Source: an uncultured Acidobacteriota bacterium
GTDB lineage: Bacteria > Acidobacteriota > Vicinamibacteria > Vicinamibacterales > 2-12-FULL-66-21
NCBI GenBank assembly: GCA_963776315.1
Contig: CAVZMJ010000004.1
Span: 88,298-152,297, forward strand
Length of the DNA stretch: 64,000 bases
Direction of reading: 5' to 3'
Position numbers and translations under genes: made by a program. The notes beneath the pieces were generated by a model. It was not told the DNA's origin, ran no database searches, and was given only the letters and a program-made list of their open reading frames with translations. Shown here piece by piece: positions 20,937-30,678 of the stretch; the first letter of the stretch is position 1, and every line of letters begins with the position of its first letter.

Positions 20937-21321
20937 ATACACCTACGATTACGCGATCGTCCGCGTCGTGCCGCGCGTCGAGCGCGGCGAGCGGATGAAC
21001 GTCGGCGTCATCCTGTCCTGCCCGGACCTCGACTACCTCGATGCGCGCATCGAGCTCGACGAATCACGCCTGCTCGCGCTGGATCCCCACGTCGACCTGG
21101 ACCTGACGCGCGCCAACCTGGCCACGATTCCGGCGGTGTGCCGCGGCGGTGCCGACGCCGGCCCGATCGGAGAGCTGCCCACGCGGGGGCGATTCCGGTG
21201 GCTGGTGTCGCCGCGGAGCACGATTATCCAGACCTCGGCCGTTCATACCGGCCGGACGGGCGATCCGGCGGCCTGTCTCGATCGATTGCTCGACACGGTC
21301 GTGAGGATGAAGACTAAGTAG
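20926..21321 (+). CDS. DUF3037-domain protein
   Basis: 'YDYAIVRVVPRVERGERMNVGVILSC' matches the N-terminal signature I recall for DUF3037. It overlaps the kinase gene by 11 nt. Confidence 0.6.
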   Translation: MSAEYTYDYAIVRVVPRVERGERMNVGVILSCPDLDYLDARIELDESRLLALDPHVDLDLTRANLATIPAVCRGGADAGPIGELPTRGRFRWLVSPRSTIIQTSAVHTGRTGDPAACLDRLLDTVVRMKTK

Positions 21322-21337
21322 GATTGTCATAGCGCTC

Positions 21338-23815
21338 ATGGACACGTTCGCGCGCGACCTTCGATACGCCGCAAGGGCGCTGCTGAGGATGCGCGGCGTG
21401 GCCGCCCTGGCCATCCTGACGCTCGCCCTCGGTATCGGCGCGACGACGACGATGTTCAGCGTCGTCTATGCGAGGCTGCTCCGGCCGCCCCCATTTCTCG
21501 ACGCCGACCGGCTGGTCATCCTCTTCAACACCAGCGCCACCCCGTCCGAAGGCCTGGTCCGCCTGCGTTGGTCGATGCCGAACGTCGCGGCGCTCCGGTT
21601 GTCGGCGGCCTCGTTCGAGACCGTCGCCTCGTTCACGGGGGCGCTGCTCTCGATGAGCGGCCAGGGGGATCCGGAGCACATCGAGGGCGAGGTGGTCTCG
21701 TCGGACTATTTCCGGACGTTGCGCGTTGCACCGGTCACCGGCCGAGGCTTCCGCGCTGAAGAAGACACCGTCGCCGGCGCCCAGCCCGTGACGATGATCA
21801 GCTGGCGGCTGTGGCGGCGGAAGTTTGCCGGTGATCCCGCCATCATGGGCCGCACGATCGTCATCAACGATGTCCCGTTGACGATCGTCGGGATCCTGCC
21901 GGAAGGGTTCACCGGTCTGACGGGCAAGGCAGAACTGTGGATTCCGCCGCCGATGGCGGCGCGGCTCACCTATGCGGAGTACCTGACGACGCCACAGAAC
22001 TTCATCAGCGTCGTGGCTCGGTTGAAGGAAGGTACGACCCTGGCCCAGACGAACGCGGAGCTGGGGGCGATCGGGTCGCGTTTCATCGGCAATGGGTCCG
22101 CGCCGGGTACCGTCTGGAGTGCGGCGGGTGTGCCGCTTCGCGAGGCGCGAGTTGAGCCGACCCAGCGGCAATCAGCCCTGATGTTGCTTGCGGCTGCGGC
22201 CTGCGTGCTCGTCATCGCGTGCGCCAACGTGGCCAGCCTGCTCTTCGCGCGGGCGCGCGTCCGGCGCCGCGAGATCGCGGTACGGCTGGCGATCGGCTCG
22301 GGCCGGCGTCGGCTCGTGCAGCAGATGCTCACCGAAGGGTTGGTGATGGCCGTCGCCGCTGGCGTTTGCGGCACCCTGCTGGCCTGGTGGGGCGTCGACG
22401 TCTTCGCCCGTACCGCGCCCGCGCTGATTCCGAGCGGCCGTAACAACTACCTGGCAATCGGCAGCCTCGGCGCGCCGGCGCTCGATCCGGCCGTGCTCAT
22501 CTTCGCCCTCGCGGTCGCGGTGATCACGACGCTGCTGTGTGCGCTCGTGCCGGCGCTCGCGGCGTCGCGTCTCGAGCTGGTCACGGCTCTCAAGGAAGAC
22601 AATCGCGGCGGCGGCCGCCGCGGCCACGCGCTGTCGATTCTGGTCGTGAGCGAGGTGGCGATCGCATGCCTGCTGCTGACCGCCTCGGGACTGCTGATCG
22701 AGAACTTCGCGCGCATCCAGAGCCGGCGCAGCGGTTTCGTGGCCGACGACGTGCTGACGTTCTGGGTTCGGCCTCCCGGGTCGCGGTATCCGGTGGCGTC
22801 CGGTCCGGCCACGGTTGACCGCCTGCTCACGCGCATCCAGGCCGTGCCCGGCGTCGAATCGGCGGCGGTCAACCGGTGCACCCCGTTCAGCGGTTGTTCG
22901 CGAACGATCCTGTTCCTGCCCGGCCGTCCAGTCGATCCGGCGACCGCGCCTGGCGTCGGCCGTCACTACATTTCCGCCGACTATTTCCGCACGCTCGGCA
23001 TCCCGATCCTCGCCGGCCGGGCCATCACCCCCGCCGATCGCGCGGGCAGCCCGCCGGTTGCGATCGTGAACGAATCGGGAGCGCGCCGGTTCTGGCCCGG
23101 CGAGAATCCCATCGGCAAGCGCGTCTGGTTCGGCTCGACGACGGGACCATTCTCGGATCCGGCGCGTGCGGTGGAGATTGTCGGCGTCGCGGGCGACGTG
23201 AAGTACGAGGGCGTGGACCAGCCCGACCGGCCCGACCGGGCCGATTTCTACACGTCGTATCTGCAGTTCTCCTATCCGGACACGATGCTCATCGTCAAGG
23301 CGCGCGGCGCGGCGACGGCGCTCCTGCCCTCGATGCGGACGGCAGTCGCGTCGGTCGACCCGGCGCTTCCCATCTACGACGCGATGACCCTCGACGATCG
23401 CATCGGCGCCGCTGTCTCGCGGCCGCGGTTCAACGCGACCATCCTCGGATTGTTTGCCGGCGCGGCGATGCTGCTGGCGGCGATCGGCGTGTACGGCATG
23501 CTGTCGTATTCCGTCTCGTCGCGGATGCGCGACATCGGCGTCCGCCTGGCGCTCGGCGCGGATTCTGGGCGGGTGCTCAGACTGGTGATCGGGGAGGGCC
23601 TGCGGCTCGCGGCCATCGGAGGCACGATTGGCCTCGGTGCGTCATTCGCGTTCGCGCGAGTTGCGCAGCGCCTGTTGCCCGACGCGCCCGCCTGGGATGC
23701 GCGCCTCGTCGCCGTTGCTGGGATCATCATGCTCACCGTGTCGGCGGCGGCCGCGTTCGTCCCCGCGCGCCGCGCCAGTGCGGTTGACCCCATGGTCGTG
23801 CTCAGGAACGACTGA
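21338..23815 (+). CDS. ADOP-family duplicated FtsX/MacB-like permease; second intact copy, no adjacent PadR
   Basis: 825 aa with 'FARDLRYAARALLRMRGVAALAILTLALGIGATTTMFSVV', two FtsX blocks and the tail 'RRASAVDPMVVLRND*'. Confidence 0.85.
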   Translation: MDTFARDLRYAARALLRMRGVAALAILTLALGIGATTTMFSVVYARLLRPPPFLDADRLVILFNTSATPSEGLVRLRWSMPNVAALRLSAASFETVASFTGALLSMSGQGDPEHIEGEVVSSDYFRTLRVAPVTGRGFRAEEDTVAGAQPVTMISWRLWRRKFAGDPAIMGRTIVINDVPLTIVGILPEGFTGLTGKAELWIPPPMAARLTYAEYLTTPQNFISVVARLKEGTTLAQTNAELGAIGSRFIGNGSAPGTVWSAAGVPLREARVEPTQRQSALMLLAAAACVLVIACANVASLLFARARVRRREIAVRLAIGSGRRRLVQQMLTEGLVMAVAAGVCGTLLAWWGVDVFARTAPALIPSGRNNYLAIGSLGAPALDPAVLIFALAVAVITTLLCALVPALAASRLELVTALKEDNRGGGRRGHALSILVVSEVAIACLLLTASGLLIENFARIQSRRSGFVADDVLTFWVRPPGSRYPVASGPATVDRLLTRIQAVPGVESAAVNRCTPFSGCSRTILFLPGRPVDPATAPGVGRHYISADYFRTLGIPILAGRAITPADRAGSPPVAIVNESGARRFWPGENPIGKRVWFGSTTGPFSDPARAVEIVGVAGDVKYEGVDQPDRPDRADFYTSYLQFSYPDTMLIVKARGAATALLPSMRTAVASVDPALPIYDAMTLDDRIGAAVSRPRFNATILGLFAGAAMLLAAIGVYGMLSYSVSSRMRDIGVRLALGADSGRVLRLVIGEGLRLAAIGGTIGLGASFAFARVAQRLLPDAPAWDARLVAVAGIIMLTVSAAAAFVPARRASAVDPMVVLRND

Positions 23816-24068
23816 GGAACCGATGACGACCGACAGCACCGCTCCTGCCGAACCGGATTTGCGCGGAGCACGGCATTGTCGACGACCGAGACGAAGGGCA
23901 ATGTCCGCCTGATCTCTGGTGGCGCTTCGAGCGTCCGGAGTACCACCGTTGGTCAGGCGCACCCGCGCGCGCCGACGCCGGACATGGGGCGGTCCAGTCG
24001 GCTTGCCCTCTGCCGCCGGTCAGCTCGATTTGCAGGGCCGTAGGGCCGTCCGGTGCATAATCGTTCCC

Positions 24069-24284
24069 GTGGACGCCAATCCGACCGATCGATTGACTGC
24101 TGAGCAGCGCGCCTGGGCCCTGCATTCGGAGGCCCTCTGGCGTCGAGCCCAGGAACTGGCCCGGCAGCATCCCGGCGTCGATCCCGGGGATGCGTATCAT
24201 GCGCTCCGCTGCCTCGCACTCTCACCTGCCGCCAGACTTCGCCAGGGCCTGAGACGTGGAAGACTTCGCACTTACGCCCGCTGA
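24069..24284 (+). CDS. Small hypothetical protein, possible antitoxin or partner of the downstream nucleotidyltransferase
   Basis: In-frame GTG at 24069 giving about 72 aa. It overlaps the next gene by 29 nt. No family was recognised. Confidence 0.3.
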   Translation: MDANPTDRLTAEQRAWALHSEALWRRAQELARQHPGVDPGDAYHALRCLALSPAARLRQGLRRGRLRTYAR

Positions 24285-24726
24285 GCGGCGCCTGTTCCAC
24301 GCCCTCACCGTCAAGGGTGTTCGTTTCATCATCATCGGCATGGGGGCGGCCGTGCTCGAGGGCGCGCCGTTCGCCACGCAGGATCTCGACGTGTGGTTCC
24401 CGAGTATCGACGACGAGCGCATCCGCGAAGCCGCTCGTGAGGCAGGAGGTTTCTGGGTGTCGGGGTTCGGCATGCAGCCGCCCGCGTTCGGAGGCGACGA
24501 CCTGTCGCGAATCGACGTGGTTCTGACAGCCCATGGACTCGACCCGTTCGACGTCGAGTACGAGCGGGCCATCGAGCGCGAGATCGAGGGAACGGTTCTT
24601 CGCGTGCTCCCGCTCGAGCGCGTGATCGCCAGCAAGCGGTCGACCGGCCGCGCGAAAGATCTGGCTCAACTGCCGGTACTCGAGACAACTCTGCTGGCTC
24701 GTCGGGCGATTCGGGACGAGCCGTAG
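24256..24726 (+). CDS. Nucleotidyltransferase-fold protein (minimal NTase, DUF2204/DUF6036-like)
   Basis: 'IIIGMGAAVLEGAPFATQDLDVWF' fits the G-x-x-A...D-x-D NTase signature. 'SKRSTGRAKDLAQL' is the C-terminal motif common in this small NTase family. Confidence 0.6.
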   Translation: MEDFALTPAERRLFHALTVKGVRFIIIGMGAAVLEGAPFATQDLDVWFPSIDDERIREAAREAGGFWVSGFGMQPPAFGGDDLSRIDVVLTAHGLDPFDVEYERAIEREIEGTVLRVLPLERVIASKRSTGRAKDLAQLPVLETTLLARRAIRDEP

Positions 24727-24736
24727 TCGAGTCCGA

Positions 24737-25150
24737 CTATGCCGGCACAATCGAGAAGCGCCGGCGGCGTCCGGGTCGGTAGAGCGAGAAATGCGTCCGG
24801 TCGAGCGTGAAGACGTCGGTCAAGGAGGATCGCTCGGCGACGCGAACGAGGGCGGCGTCGGCGAGGTCCATCGGCAGATCGCGGTACTTCTCCATCAGCT
24901 CCCGCATCCGCGGCGCATCGCCTTCGTCGAGCGGCGCCAACGCCAGCGCACCGGTCTCGAGCCGGCTCCAGAGCGCCCTCTGGCCCTGCCACGATCGGCC
25001 GAGCAGGTACATCGCTTCGGTGAATGCCGGCCAGACGGTGACGAGCGGGCCGCGCAGTGCCTCGAGCGCGGCGACGCACGCGTCGTGGTCCGGATCGGCC
25101 CGGTCGATCAGCGCGACCATCGGGCCGGCGTCAACGAGAATCTCGGCCAC
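24737..25150 (-). CDS. vapC: PIN-domain ribonuclease toxin VapC
   Basis: A GTG at 25150 gives 'VAEILVDAGPMVALIDRADPDHD...DLADAALVRVAE...VFTLDRTHF', with the PIN acidic residues. It overlaps vapB by 20 nt. Confidence 0.8.
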   Translation of the reverse strand: MAEILVDAGPMVALIDRADPDHDACVAALEALRGPLVTVWPAFTEAMYLLGRSWQGQRALWSRLETGALALAPLDEGDAPRMRELMEKYRDLPMDLADAALVRVAERSSLTDVFTLDRTHFSLYRPGRRRRFSIVPA

Positions 25151-25400
25151 GGTTCTTCCCGGAGACGATCGCGGTGAACTGCTGGCCGGTCGTCCGAGCC
25201 GGGTCGCGCACCCCGAGCGCGACGACGCCGATGACGTCGAGCCAGGCGTCGTACGGGCGGCCGCCGGCGCTCGCGTCGCTGGCGGCGTGATACTGCTCGA
25301 TGGCCTCACGGACGACATCGGAGCGCGACAGCCGACGCCGCTTCGCCAGCGCATTCAGCGCACGCTCGGTTTTCGGGTTGAGCCGGACGGTCAGGGCCAC
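25131..25400 (-). CDS. vapB: Ribbon-helix-helix (CopG-like) antitoxin VapB
   Basis: 89 aa. 'LTVRLNPKTERALNALAKRRRLSRSDVVREAIEQY' is a typical RHH N-terminus. It has a GTG start at 25400 with GGAGA 6 nt upstream. Confidence 0.8.
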   Translation of the reverse strand: MALTVRLNPKTERALNALAKRRRLSRSDVVREAIEQYHAASDASAGGRPYDAWLDVIGVVALGVRDPARTTGQQFTAIVSGKNRGRDSR

Positions 25401-25410
25401 GCACGTCTCC

Positions 25411-25430
25411 GTATTACAAATAAGTAATAC
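25411..25430. promoter_or_regulatory. Perfect palindrome GTATTAC-N6-GTAATAC upstream of vapB; candidate VapB operator
   Basis: An AT-rich 20-bp palindrome 11 nt upstream of the vapB start, in an otherwise GC-rich context. Confidence 0.5.
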
Positions 25431-25563
25431 ACAGATGGGCGATCGCCGTCAAGGTGTGCCCATTGGGACAAGATTGAACGCACCGGCGTGCTGCTCGGCC
25501 ACGTGACGGCCTTCACATGCGCCGTCCTCGATGTAGAGAAAACCCTTAGGCGGACTGGTCCTG

Positions 25564-25581
25564 GTCCGGCTGAAGCCGGAC
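25564..25581 (-). terminator. Stem-loop GTCCGGC-TGAA-GCCGGAC downstream of mgtE
   Basis: A 7-bp perfect stem about 40 nt past the mgtE stop. There is no U-tract, so terminator function is uncertain. Confidence 0.3.
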
Positions 25582-25618
25582 ACTACATCATCTCTTCACA
25601 CAACTTCAGCATTCAGTA

Positions 25619-27050
25619 CTACAACAGCGTGCCCCTCAGAACAACCATGGCCACCGTGAAATAGATCACGAGGCCCGTCACGTCGACGAGCGTGGCGACG
25701 AACGGCGCCGACGACGCCGCCGGGTCGAAGCCCAACCGTCGCATCAGCAGAGGCATCAGCGATCCGGTCAGCGTGCCCCAGAGCACGACCCCCACGAGCG
25801 AGATGGCCACGGTGATGGCAATCAGCAGCCAGTGCGCGCCGTACATGTCGGAGAACGCCGACCAGAGGGCGATGCGAAGGAACCCGATCCCGCCGAGGAT
25901 GGCGCCGAGCGACAGGCCGGCCAGCAGCTCGCGGCGCATCACGCGCCACCAGTCGACGAGCCCGACCTCGCCGAGCGCCAGGGCGCGGATGACCAGCGTC
26001 GCGGCCTGCGAGCCGGAGTTGCCGCCGCTCGAGATGATGAGCGGCACGAACAGCGCCAGGACGACGGCTTTCGCGATCTCCGCTTCGAAGGCGCCCATCG
26101 CCGTCGCGGTCAGCATCTCGCCCAGGAAGAGCGCCGTCAGCCAGCCGGCGCGCTTCTGGATCATGCGTCCGAACGCGATGACCATGTAGGGCTCGTCGAG
26201 GGCCTCCGATCCGCCGATGCGCTGGATCTCGCGCGTCGCGGTCGCCTCGGCCACGTCCAGCACGTCGTCGATGGTGACGATGCCGATGAGCATGCCGGCG
26301 GTGTCGGTCACCGGCAGCGCGGTGCGGTCGTATTGCCGGAAGACGGCGACGGCCGCCTCCTGATCGTCGGTGGCCTTCAGCGCGACGAAGCGCCGATCCA
26401 TGAGGTCCGCGACGAGGTGCTCCAGAGGCGCGAGCAGGAACTCGCGGATGCGGATGTCGTCGATCAGCAGCCCCTGCTCGTCGACGACGTAGATCACGTT
26501 CAGGGTTTCGCTGTCCTGGCCGTGCGTGCGGACGTAGTCGAGCACTTCGCGCACGCGTCCAGTGCTCGCGCACGGCGACGTAGTTCGGCGTCATCAGACG
26601 GCCGATCGAGCGCTCCGGATAGCCGAGCAGGGTCAGCGCGACCGTGCGTTCTTCGGGCGTCAGCAGCGTGAGCAGTTCGCGCGTGGCGGCGGCGGGCAGC
26701 TCTTCGAGGAACATGGTCCGGTCGTCCGGCGCCATGTTGTTGAGGAGCGCCGCGACGTCTTCCTTGGCCATCGCCTTGAGCAGGGTTTCCTTGGCGTCCT
26801 GCGACAGGTATTCGAACACCGCGGCGGCGTCCTTGCGGGGCAGGACGCGAAACACCACGACCTGATCCTCGAGGCTGAGCTCGGTCAGGAGCGCCGCCAC
26901 GTCGCCCGCGTGGCGGTTGCGCATCATGTCGCGCAGCCGTGCGTAGTCGCGGGCGCGAAGGACCGGGGTCAGCTCGTCGGCCAGCCGGGCCATCTGGCGG
27001 ATCGCGGCGAGCGCGTCGTCGCGCTGTGGTCCGTTCAGTTGCTGTTCCAT
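25619..27050 (-). CDS. mgtE: Magnesium transporter MgtE; one frame change near 26555; start ambiguous (27050 or 26993)
   Basis: The N-domain '[36 protein letters not shown]' is in ORF 25596-27401. The CBS and TM part '[22 protein letters not shown]...[22 protein letters not shown]' is in ORF 25619-26554. Confidence 0.85.
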
Positions 27051-29160
27051 TTGCGTAAGCGCTGCCCTGACGACGTCGTGGTGGTGCACGTGCGGCCCGA
27101 TGGCCTTGGTCGCGTCGAGCCAGACGCGGTGAATCAGATCGAGATCGCCGGGCGAGAGCGACGGCGGGTGAGCGCCGAGATGATAGGTGTCGGTGCGGCC
27201 GCTGCGGTGATGGACGACGAGCCGGACGTCGAGCGGTTCGGGCTTGGCGGCCCTCTCCCACGCGTCGCCGAGCAACCGCGCCTGTTCGTCCGCCGAAAGC
27301 GTGGACGACTCGCCGACGTGCACGTCGGACGATCGGAGGCGCAGGATCGTCGCGACGATGGCCTCGAAGACATCGTGCGCCGGGACGACGAGGAGGCGCA
27401 CCGGCCGGTCGTGGCGCTCGGCCAGGGCCGACGACTTCCGAGAGCAGCCGCCGCTCGGCAGACGTCGGCGCCGCGTCGCTGAAGCCGTCGGCGCTGACGT
27501 CGACGCCGAGCAGCCGCACCGTCATGACGACGACGTCGCGGTCGCGCGGCGTCTGGAGCGCGGCGGCCACGTGGGCGAGCGAATGCGGATTGCGGACGAG
27601 CACCAGGACGCCGCCCGGACGAACGTCCATCTGGTCGAGCGAGAGCTCGGCGGCGGGCAGGAGGTCGAATACCTCGGGGTCGTCGGCGATCGGCGGCGGC
27701 AGCGGTCTCCCGTCCGACCCCGGTGAAGAGGACGCAGGAGGCCGCCCATCAGCGCGAACGCCGCGATGGCCGGCGGGTCGCGTGCGACGACCATCGCCAC
27801 GGCTCCGGCGCCGACCAGGAGCGTCGACGCCATCAGCCCGAGCGGGATCTCGCGGGTGCCGACGTGCAGGTTCAGCGGGGCCTGGAACGGTCGCGCCGCC
27901 GGCCGGAGCCGTCGCAGCCGGACGAGCGCGGCGATCTTCAACGCCAGGGTCGCGACGATGGCGACGGCGTAGGCGTGCGCGAGCCATGTCACGCGTCCGC
28001 CGCTGACGAACATCACGAGGATGGTTGCAGCGGCCGCGACGTCGATCGCGCGCGACGGCGTGCCGAACCTGGAGTGCAGAAAGGCGAGCCGCTCCGACAG
28101 CGCGCCCTCGACCGACAATCGCTGGAGCAGTTGCTCGGCGTCGCCGAGCGCGAGGTGCGCGGCCGGCACCAGAAGCAGGGCCGCGGCCCCGACGAGCGCG
28201 ACGGCGACGACATCCCGCGCCCACGCCGGTCCGGCAAGGTGCTGCGCCAGCCCGGCCAGGGGCGAGTTGGTCCAGAGGGCCTGATCGGCCGCGGGCACGA
28301 GCAGGACGAACAGAAACGCACCGGATACGGTCGCCAGCCACCGTGAACAGCGAGACGAAGAAGCTCGTCCGTTGCAGCGCCTGAAGGCGCGGCGGACGCA
28401 GTTCGTGCGCCGCTCGCGCAACGGCATCGCCCCCGCCGATGGTGGGGAGCGCAAGCGCGAAGCCGAACAGGTAAACGAGCACCGACGTCGAGCATGCGCC
28501 AGCCCGTCACGGTCGCGTGGGAGGGCGGCGAGGCCAGCAGTCCCCAGGGCATCGGGCCCCTCGCGAGCGTGATGAAGCCCCAGACCGTCACGAGACGTCA
28601 GGATGCCCACGGCAATCCAGACACCTCTCGCGATCCGGTCGGACGTCAGATCCAAGCCGATCCGGGCGCGGAGCCACAGGAGCCCGATCAGTGACACCGC
28701 CACCACGGTCGCGAAGTCTTCGGGCCTCAGGAAGCCCGTCGAGGCGCCAGCCCGCGATTGCCGTCAACGTCACGGTCGACGCGTACTGGCCGATGACGAT
28801 GCAGGCGAGCGCCGCGAGGAGGAGCCGTTCGACGAGGCCCGCCGCAGCCGCGGCCTTGGCCGCCCGGGGGCCGAACGCCTGATGGACCCGTGCCACTGCG
28901 CCGCCGGGGATGAGCAGCGCCCAGCTCTCGATGTCGATGGCGCGGACGAACGCGCCCACGACCGCGGCCGCGAGCACGAACCAGGCAGCTGAATCACCGA
29001 GCGACGATCGAGCGATGCCGGCGACGAAGAACGCGGCCACGCCGAGCTGTGCGATCGCCAGCGCGGCCGCCTTCCGCACCGACATGAACGAGAGGAGCGC
29101 CGTCGACGAGAGGACGACGCGAATCTGACGACGCGGTGGATGTTGAAGTGGGACGGTCAT
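27035..29160 (-). pseudogene. APC-type permease-like membrane protein with a cytoplasmic C-terminal domain; several frame changes; 3' end unresolved
   Basis: TM-rich pieces lie in three minus frames (28588-29160, 27522-28706, 26500-28482). The soluble tail 'VLVLVRNPHSLAHVAAAL...VVVMTVRLLG' and 'RLLVVPAHDVFEAIVATILRL' is Usp-like. It runs in frame into mgtE without a stop codon. Confidence 0.45.
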
Positions 29161-29206
29161 CGTCTCGAGCTACCCCTCGGATGATAGCCCGAACGCGGGG
29201 ACGCGG

Positions 29207-29310
29207 GGCTCAAGGCTCAAGGCTCAGGGCTCAGGCAAGAGCACGCTGTCAAAAGAAGCACGGGCCACCAGCAAGCTCTTGCCTGAGCCTTGAGCCCTGA
29301 GCCCTGAGCC
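29207..29310. repeat. Imperfect ~36-bp-arm hairpin built from GGCTCA(A/G)GG words
   Basis: The left arm 29207-29242 and right arm 29275-29310 are near-complementary. It lies between the methyltransferase stop and the permease start, so it is a possible terminator or REP-like element. Confidence 0.7.
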
Positions 29311-29314
29311 GACC

Positions 29315-29940
29315 CTATCGCCCCGCCTTCGACACGACGACCATGATGGCTCGCTGGACGCCGATCGAAGACACTGCCTCGAAGCCGGCGTCCTTCAATT
29401 CGCGAGAGAGCGTTTCCGCGGTAATGCCGTGCATGCCGTCCCTGCCGCGATCGGCCGGGCACGCGGCTTCGCTGCCGGGCGGCGGCGTGAAGTCCACGAT
29501 CGCCAGGTGCGCACCAGGCTTGAGCGCGGCCGCGATCGACGCGTTCATCGCCGCCGGGTCCGCGAAGTGGTGGTAGACGCTGCGCATGAACAGCGCGTCG
29601 CAGGCCGCGTCAGGAAAGTTCGTCCGCTGGCGTCGCCGGCGACGACGGTGATCTGCGAAAGATGGCTGCCAGCCAGCTTCTCGCGCAGCGCTTTCACCCG
29701 GTCGTCGCCAAGCTCGCTGGTGTAGACGCGACCGGCCGGTCCGACGAGTCGCGCGGCGGCGAGGGTCAGCTCGCCGTCGCCCGCGCCCATCTCGCACACG
29801 GTGCCGCCATCGCGGACCCCGATGGCTTCGAAGATCTGTCCGTTGGTGATACCTGATGCCTGGGCCGAGGCGGTGGCTGGGACGAGGAAAGTGACGAGAA
29901 GCAGCGCGAGCGCCGAGCGTGAGGTGGGTGAAGAAGTCAT
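29315..29940 (-). CDS. Class I SAM-dependent methyltransferase with an N-terminal signal-peptide-like sequence; one frame change near 29610
   Basis: 'MTSSPTSRSALALLLVTFLVPATASAQA', then 'VCEMGAGDGELTLAAARLVGPAGRVYTSEL' (SAM motif I). The C-terminus 'DALFMRSVYHHF...LAIVDF' is in ORF 29315-29797. Confidence 0.7.
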
Positions 29941-29980
29941 AGTCGCTTAGACGTGCGAGCGCTGGATTGGGTCGTTGGAA

Positions 29981-30025
29981 GGCTCAAGGCTCAGGGCTCA
30001 GGGCTCAGGCAAGAGCATGCTGTCA
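29981..30025 (+). repeat. Second copy (45 nt) of the GGCTCAAGGCTCAGGGCTCAGGCAAGAGCA(C/T)GCTGTCA element
   Basis: Near-identical to 29207-29251 in the same orientation. The two copies bracket the methyltransferase gene. Confidence 0.85.
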
Positions 30026-30092
30026 CGAGACGGACAGGCCGATCAGCTAGAATGAATGTTGTCAGCCTGACCAACCGATCCGGGAGCGTGCC

Positions 30093-30635
30093 GTGAGCCG
30101 ACGACCCTGCCAATGGCGATCGTTCTTCACTTTTCTTACCGTGGGCCTCACCGTGGGGACGGCGCTGGCCGTCGCGGCGCCATTCTACGCGTCGGCAACC
30201 GCCGAGGCTGCTCAGGCCAAGAAGCCATCCATCAGCCTCAGGGCCAACCCGACCTCCGGCTTTGCTCCGCTACGCGTCGTCGTCACGGCCGAAGTGAAGG
30301 GCGGGCCGAACGACTACGAGGACTTCTATTGCGCGTCGGTCGAGTGGGATTGGGGCGACGGCACCAAGTCCGAGAGCAAGGCCGACTGCGATCCGTACGA
30401 GGCTGGCAAGAGCGAGATCACCCGGCGCTTCGTGCAGGAGCACACGTTCCGCTCGGGCGGGGTGTCGACCACTCCGTTCAGCCCGAGCGCCAGCACCGCC
30501 GACGCTGGCCTCTCCAGCCAACAGCCGTCAATGCGGTACCAGGTCAAGTTCATGCTCAAACAGAAGGGGAAGACCGTCGGCTCCGGTCAGACGGGTATTG
30601 AGATCCGACCAGGGTTGCGGGACGGCGGCGAGTGA
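30093..30635 (+). CDS. Secreted hypothetical protein with a PKD/Ig-like domain
   Basis: Signal peptide, then 'SISLRANPTSGFAPLRVVVTAEVKGG...VEWDWGDGT', a PKD-like pattern. Confidence 0.5.
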   Translation: MSRRPCQWRSFFTFLTVGLTVGTALAVAAPFYASATAEAAQAKKPSISLRANPTSGFAPLRVVVTAEVKGGPNDYEDFYCASVEWDWGDGTKSESKADCDPYEAGKSEITRRFVQEHTFRSGGVSTTPFSPSASTADAGLSSQQPSMRYQVKFMLKQKGKTVGSGQTGIEIRPGLRDGGE

Positions 30636-30678
30636 GCGTTCCCTTGATTCCACGACGGTCCTGCCTCCGCCTCAACAC

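Noticed and set aside
27051-27400. An M-box (Mg2+) riboswitch upstream of mgtE
   Set aside because: The sequence upstream of mgtE is coding-like and continuous with the upstream gene's tail. There is no intergenic leader, and I could not see the conserved M-box helices.
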